Virus record (IMG/VR): IMGVR_UViG_3300032312_000540
Coordinates: 1 to 46,815 of that record
Strand: one strand, 5' to 3'
Source of the DNA: a virus
Lineage: Duplodnaviria > Caudoviricetes
DNA length: 46,815 nt
This document shows positions 44,201 through 46,815 of the stretch, piece after piece. Each line of letters begins with the position of its first letter. Position 1 is the first letter of the stretch. The position numbers were made by a program, and so were the translations under genes. The notes beneath the pieces were generated by a model. It did no database searches, had not been told where the DNA came from, and was given only the letters and a program-made list of their open reading frames with translations.

Positions 44201-45582
44201 AATTAGAAATTGACAGAATAAACAATCTTATTGATGCAAATGATAGGTTAATTGAAGCAAAAGAACGTACTATTGAGATAGACATTAATAGACCAATTGA
44301 TAAATTTAATGAAGATTTAAATTTAATTGATAGATCTATTGCAAAAATTAATGAAAAATATGATGCACAAGAAAAGGCTCTTGAAAAAATATCAGATATT
44401 AATGATGATATTGCTTCTAGAGAAGCATCAAGAATTTCAGTTGCCGATGCGTTAACAAGAGGAGATCTTTCTGCTGCAGCAAAAGCAATACAAGAACGAA
44501 GAGCAGAAGAAGCAAGAAAAGCAAAAGAAAGAAGTTCTAAACTTTTACAAATTGCAAGAGAAAAAGAAATTGCTAAATTAACAAATGCTGATGGCTTAAC
44601 AAAAATACAAATTGAAGAAAAAATTTATTCTCTTGAACAACAAAGAATACCCCTTGTTGCCGCAATTGTAAAACTACAAGATGATAACTACACACTTCAA
44701 AATGTTACATTGCGTGCACAAGAAGATTCTTTAAAGAAAACACTTACTGCTATTGATGCTGCAAGGTTTGCATATGAACAACAAGTACTTTCAATAGACA
44801 AAGCAAAATTTGCGGCTCTTGGATTTAACAAAGAGTTAGAAAGTGGAGAAGCCACTCTTTTAAGAATGAAAAAACTATGGGAAGATATAAATGGAAAATC
44901 ACCTGCTAACACACCACCACCACAAGTACCACCACCTCCTACTGACGATCCTCTTGCAGCAGATAGGGCTAAACTGGCTGCTATTGACAAAGAAATTAAA
45001 GATTTACTAGCAGAAGTACAAGCAAAAGAAAAAATTCCTGATGGACCAACTTTATACAGTCAAGGGTTGACTGGCGGACTTTATGGACCAACACCTGCTT
45101 TGACTCCAAAAACTCCAAGTGCATATAGTCAAGGATTGTCGGGAGGTCTTTATGGACCAACACCAACTGTAATTCAAAAAAATTCAGCAGGAATACCTTT
45201 AACTATTGCAAAACCTGTACAAACTCCTTACAATCCTTTGTCAGCATTTTCAACTCCACCAAAACCTACAGTTTCTTATCGTGCAAGAGCAATGGGCGGA
45301 ATAATACCTAAGTACTATGTTTCTGGAGGATACTCAAAAGGCACTGATACAATTCCAGCAATGCTCACTCCTGGAGAGTTTGTTGTTCGTAAAAATGCTG
45401 TTGATTCATTTGGAGTAAATAATCTTAATAAAATAAATGATGGATCTTACGGTGGATCCTCAGTGTATAATTATAGTCTAAACGTAAATGTTAAGTCTGA
45501 TTCAAGTCCCGACGATATTGCAAGAACCGTTATGACACAAATTAGAAGAATAGACAATCAAAGAATTAAGGGGCAAAGATAA
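38227..45582 (+). CDS. tape measure protein (TP901-type core)
   Basis: 2451 aa, Ala-rich and helical; core region with A.M.EGGI.ASEGANALKSGL; coiled coils; C-terminal GTDTIPAMLTPGEFVV. Confidence 0.93.
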   Translation: MADVNANIGVHIDTSGALAELKALQRQLANFHSSVSKSSAAAAMAQKGLQTNLLNSINATGKFRAQMGLVRTSTESFTHALETNKLSMREYFRYAGGSTKTFGKLFKQEFNTIGKVAEERVKKMQTQYIKMGRDASGAMKAISITPNTLNMKDYSTKLAVAAQKQALLNQLLKQGSTNLLNFGKNTQWAGRQLMVGFTIPLAYFGTAAAKTFMDLEKQAIRFKRVYGDMFTTTDETNRALADVEQLAKEFTKYGVAVTETMEMAANAAAMGKTGADLTAQVAQATRLAVLGGVEQEQALETTISVTNAFGVAAEDLASKINFLNAVENQTVVSIEDLTEAIPKAGPVVQQLGGSVEDLAFFLTAMKEGGINASEGANALKSGLASLINPSEKAAEFLGKLGVNINAIVETNKGNIRNTVIDFSRALDTLDPLNRARAIEQLFGKFQFSRLSTLFQNVTQDGTQAARVLQLAGASIEELAILSERELGVLENAVGTDFKESIEKLKVAIAPIGKTFLEAVTPIVQVVGRLLDKFDNLGEGTKKFIVIASTLVGVIGPVLLMTFGLLANGVANIIKLFITMRSGFLRAGTNTNLLAQQTSYLNSEQLEAATVAASLNQAHTRLTQSFAVETTAVRLLRQAYIDATIAATNFARTNPGMMMPGGKFTPKKFSSGTTKVVGGETGKDSVPALLMPGEAVVPTDIAQNNKFKPLVEALVTGKIAKYGNGTTGVKIPEDLNLTGRAYNAKSAKGAKDIQSFINSLQKNPDGTYNYVDPTGEFSRSNISASTIAKNLNSRIESNKFTLSEIKTKLGLNKEGRDLLTKKTGKTNAPKNIRGIIGKAGSEAIPGFEIEKQAIRDRLKQRGVAVTQSQLDRLFQIDASHIKPEFDESGNKIWKAKNVAADAGYVNNYISNSLKGKLGQHLSQMSPNQLKALGIDSKTFDDLYAKGSRGAGTHPVTTTQAQTLQAIARYVISNPKGLNLGKNALYQAHALDAGLGVRLTKTGFYTGGGPKTLEKLAVGRGEIVVDKQGRSKTVTASTGKPRGNTTVIGGGPSDKRIVSAKNISKVIPTRPGFKGPGSFALGAMGGYDADGNPISTKPGMAISKVQEDFKAQQNSLRRQIEKVEKRRLVALKQELKIIEDKNNLATQAAPLTKQQLKEQKREVRAQRAGAVGRVAGPIAGLAGIGAMAGFMTGNNSIGTAMMGISALGTIAPMLTSPLSILVAVLASASAGFLLYTKMLKNAREEGMNLAKAMSMSASRVKGLSILSGQISASEIQAKKRQTALNPLGEPQRKFGQNVLQSEEGKNILLDVERLVKQNFSTQQIGKMLGTNLSQAVLQGAISTDQARSIASALGEQIGSYDIPLSVSAKITELMGPNGENLKNSPLQVALEIKKDSMQNLNDALNVFKAGKKNPLLSGLSRPEEMGGILSLSSIPFYDNVKQFFNQKKENAKLDAAGVQLGFEAISQNQQLLDSVNEQYDKKIKLAKTEKEINDLQIKRKSDIDKLNVANSKTLTEVIGISKSLSDDTFNTTVKESLDSRIKDASVATKALNKVASEEVLKVKDQTLRRTLQIGLASENGLSPQAIISLTSFIGSSENASKSVDLFIKANGLAQLETLTAIFGKFTGSETGKDMTPIMREFITKYINENSVELKDDLAALSALGNFKEQYNVTLDVNSNGVADLQQATSALTLIKDFPDKIDKKFLATVNDPQGNFTQFAKDFDVLSQGKAEVSKYLYVNYKLGLSDPNLVAAAAAAKMTVPEYIAKGFNEALAKPTAATPPPSSSGQRDTTFDDILTNLKRTRDATINAQGGAKELIRILGGAKELKAFNGIDQQLSKIGANSDFIDFVGGLEKAIQNKIIKVSKKGVVALTDLGQAVKKAYDEKQLGLFSAANAQAINESLKQRDAFVKLKAAGLDTASAQELLADKIFMVSIAAQKNPAEIKKMINEYKNLKKITKETQEITDPAEAFKDQLKTELDYYDFLERQARASVKLEIDRINNLIDANDRLIEAKERTIEIDINRPIDKFNEDLNLIDRSIAKINEKYDAQEKALEKISDINDDIASREASRISVADALTRGDLSAAAKAIQERRAEEARKAKERSSKLLQIAREKEIAKLTNADGLTKIQIEEKIYSLEQQRIPLVAAIVKLQDDNYTLQNVTLRAQEDSLKKTLTAIDAARFAYEQQVLSIDKAKFAALGFNKELESGEATLLRMKKLWEDINGKSPANTPPPQVPPPPTDDPLAADRAKLAAIDKEIKDLLAEVQAKEKIPDGPTLYSQGLTGGLYGPTPALTPKTPSAYSQGLSGGLYGPTPTVIQKNSAGIPLTIAKPVQTPYNPLSAFSTPPKPTVSYRARAMGGIIPKYYVSGGYSKGTDTIPAMLTPGEFVVRKNAVDSFGVNNLNKINDGSYGGSSVYNYSLNVNVKSDSSPDDIARTVMTQIRRIDNQRIKGQR

Positions 45583-46223
45583 TGGCAACCTCAGCATATA
45601 TTTCGGGTAGAAAGAGGTATCAAAGACCACAATCAATCCTATGGTCAGAGAATGCTGGAACCCTAAGTAATGGCCTTTACGTGCCAACTGGACAAGAAAT
45701 AGGGGCTAATCCAAGCCTTACCACAGGCGGTGTTAATCAATTTTTAATTTTATCAGATCACAACAGAGAAGAAATGTCATTTAACTCAGAAAGAATTGAA
45801 AAACGTGAAAGAACTATTAATGGTAATATGAGGTCTTATCATGTTGCAGATAAACTTACAATGAGTGTATCTTGGAATAACTTACCATCTCGTGCATATT
45901 CTGAGTTAGCAGATTTTGCTTCAACTGGATTATCTCCTAGTAAAGGAACAAGTTCAGAGTTTACTGCAGATGGTGGCGCAGGAGGAGTTGAGATTTTAGA
46001 TTGGTATCAAAAGCATCAAGGTCCATTTTGGATGTATTTAGCATATGACAAGTATACTAACTTTGCAACTGATGGAGTAACCACAGATGCATCTTTTGGA
46101 AATTTGGGTAAATATAATCAAATAGTACAGGTTTATTTTTCTGACTTTAACTACAGCGTTGTAAAACGTGGTGGAACTAATCACGACCTTTGGAATATTT
46201 CGGTATCTCTGGAAGAGGTTTAA
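45582..46223 (+). CDS. probable distal tail / tail-tip protein
   Basis: Directly after the tape measure; R.INGNMR..K...SVSW.NLP...W.IS.SLEEV pattern. Confidence 0.55.
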   Translation: MATSAYISGRKRYQRPQSILWSENAGTLSNGLYVPTGQEIGANPSLTTGGVNQFLILSDHNREEMSFNSERIEKRERTINGNMRSYHVADKLTMSVSWNNLPSRAYSELADFASTGLSPSKGTSSEFTADGGAGGVEILDWYQKHQGPFWMYLAYDKYTNFATDGVTTDASFGNLGKYNQIVQVYFSDFNYSVVKRGGTNHDLWNISVSLEEV

Positions 46224-46224
46224 A

Positions 46225-46815
46225 TTGTTTGTAAGTCAAGAATTAAAAAATCATTTTGAAACATCTCCAACAATTCAAACAAGATCTTTAGTTCTTGCTG
46301 AATGGAACATGAATATGCCAGATAACATTTTTTATGTTGGAAACTATAGATATAGACCTACAGGGGATGAAGTTAAATTTCAAACATTACCGTCATCTTT
46401 TGATCCGCTAGACGCTGGAGATTACTACACAGATGCTACAGATTCTGAAATATCTATAAATGGTGGGGTAGACGATCAAGATCTTCCACAACTATTTACG
46501 TCAATAGAACAAAAAAGAAAATTACTATACTCACTAGAAGATTGTTTAAAGCCATTTAGACCAAGATCTGGAATTAACAAGCCATTGTTCTTTGATAGAA
46601 GTAATCAATACCTCTCAAACTCTGGAGTTTTTATGGCACAAAGACCTAGATATTATATGTCTTCAAGGTATGATGAATTTAAATATTGGAACTCTTACAG
46701 AAAAGAAAATGGAATAGAACGTGGTATTGCAAAAAATATTTTAAATGGATCTTATTATATTGATGATGCCGCACCATTTGTGGTTTATAAAGAACAAGTG
46801 CCAACAAATAGAATT
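46225..46815 (+). CDS. tail protein, 3' truncated (MFVSQELKNHFETSPTIQTRSLVLAEWNMN...)
   Basis: Manual translation from TTG 46225 with GAGGT SD; open to the window end. Confidence 0.7.
   Translation, partial: MFVSQELKNHFETSPTIQTRSLVLAEWNMNMPDNIFYVGNYRYRPTGDEVKFQTLPSSFDPLDAGDYYTDATDSEISINGGVDDQDLPQLFTSIEQKRKLLYSLEDCLKPFRPRSGINKPLFFDRSNQYLSNSGVFMAQRPRYYMSSRYDEFKYWNSYRKENGIERGIAKNILNGSYYIDDAAPFVVYKEQVPTNRI

Noticed and set aside
1-46815. tRNA, rRNA, integrase or transposase genes
   Set aside because: No cloverleaf or T-loop signatures in the intergenic gaps, and no recombinase or transposase motifs recognised by eye.

Overview
This window is a segment of a large, AT-rich tailed dsDNA phage with a siphovirus-type morphogenesis module. 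The host is most likely an Actinobacterium, plausibly a freshwater one. That is inferred from many apparently leaderless genes, WhiA-type GACAC boxes and an actinophage-type PNGGSS membrane protein. Layout: (1) 1-3.6 kb is an early/regulatory region with about 12 micro-ORFs missed by the ORF track (several Cys/His zinc-finger-like), three perfect DnaA boxes, CRP/GlxR-type palindromes, an iteron-like AT-rich tract and two candidate small RNAs. (2) 3.6-16.7 kb holds modular fibre/decoration genes, a collagen-repeat protein and a secreted transglycosylase. (3) 16.7-22.8 kb holds six prolyl-4-hydroxylase-like 2OG-Fe(II) oxygenases plus two related accessory proteins. (4) A class II ribonucleotide reductase follows. 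(5) 25-46.8 kb holds the portal, prohead protease, major capsid, neck, major tail, tail chaperone, tape measure and tail-tip genes. The best candidate for an undescribed system is a duplicated cassette of [fibre with a shared C-terminal adaptor domain] + [Fn3 - (PFF/PPFF)n - Hint domain ending HN-K-stop], with the second copy directly followed by the hydroxylase cluster. This suggests a self-cleaving Pro/Phe repeat on a virion appendage that is tailored post-translationally, in a RiPP-like way. A second notable feature is that the usual tail-chaperone G/GT frameshift appears replaced by two paralogous genes. All calls come from reading the sequence by eye; no searches were run.
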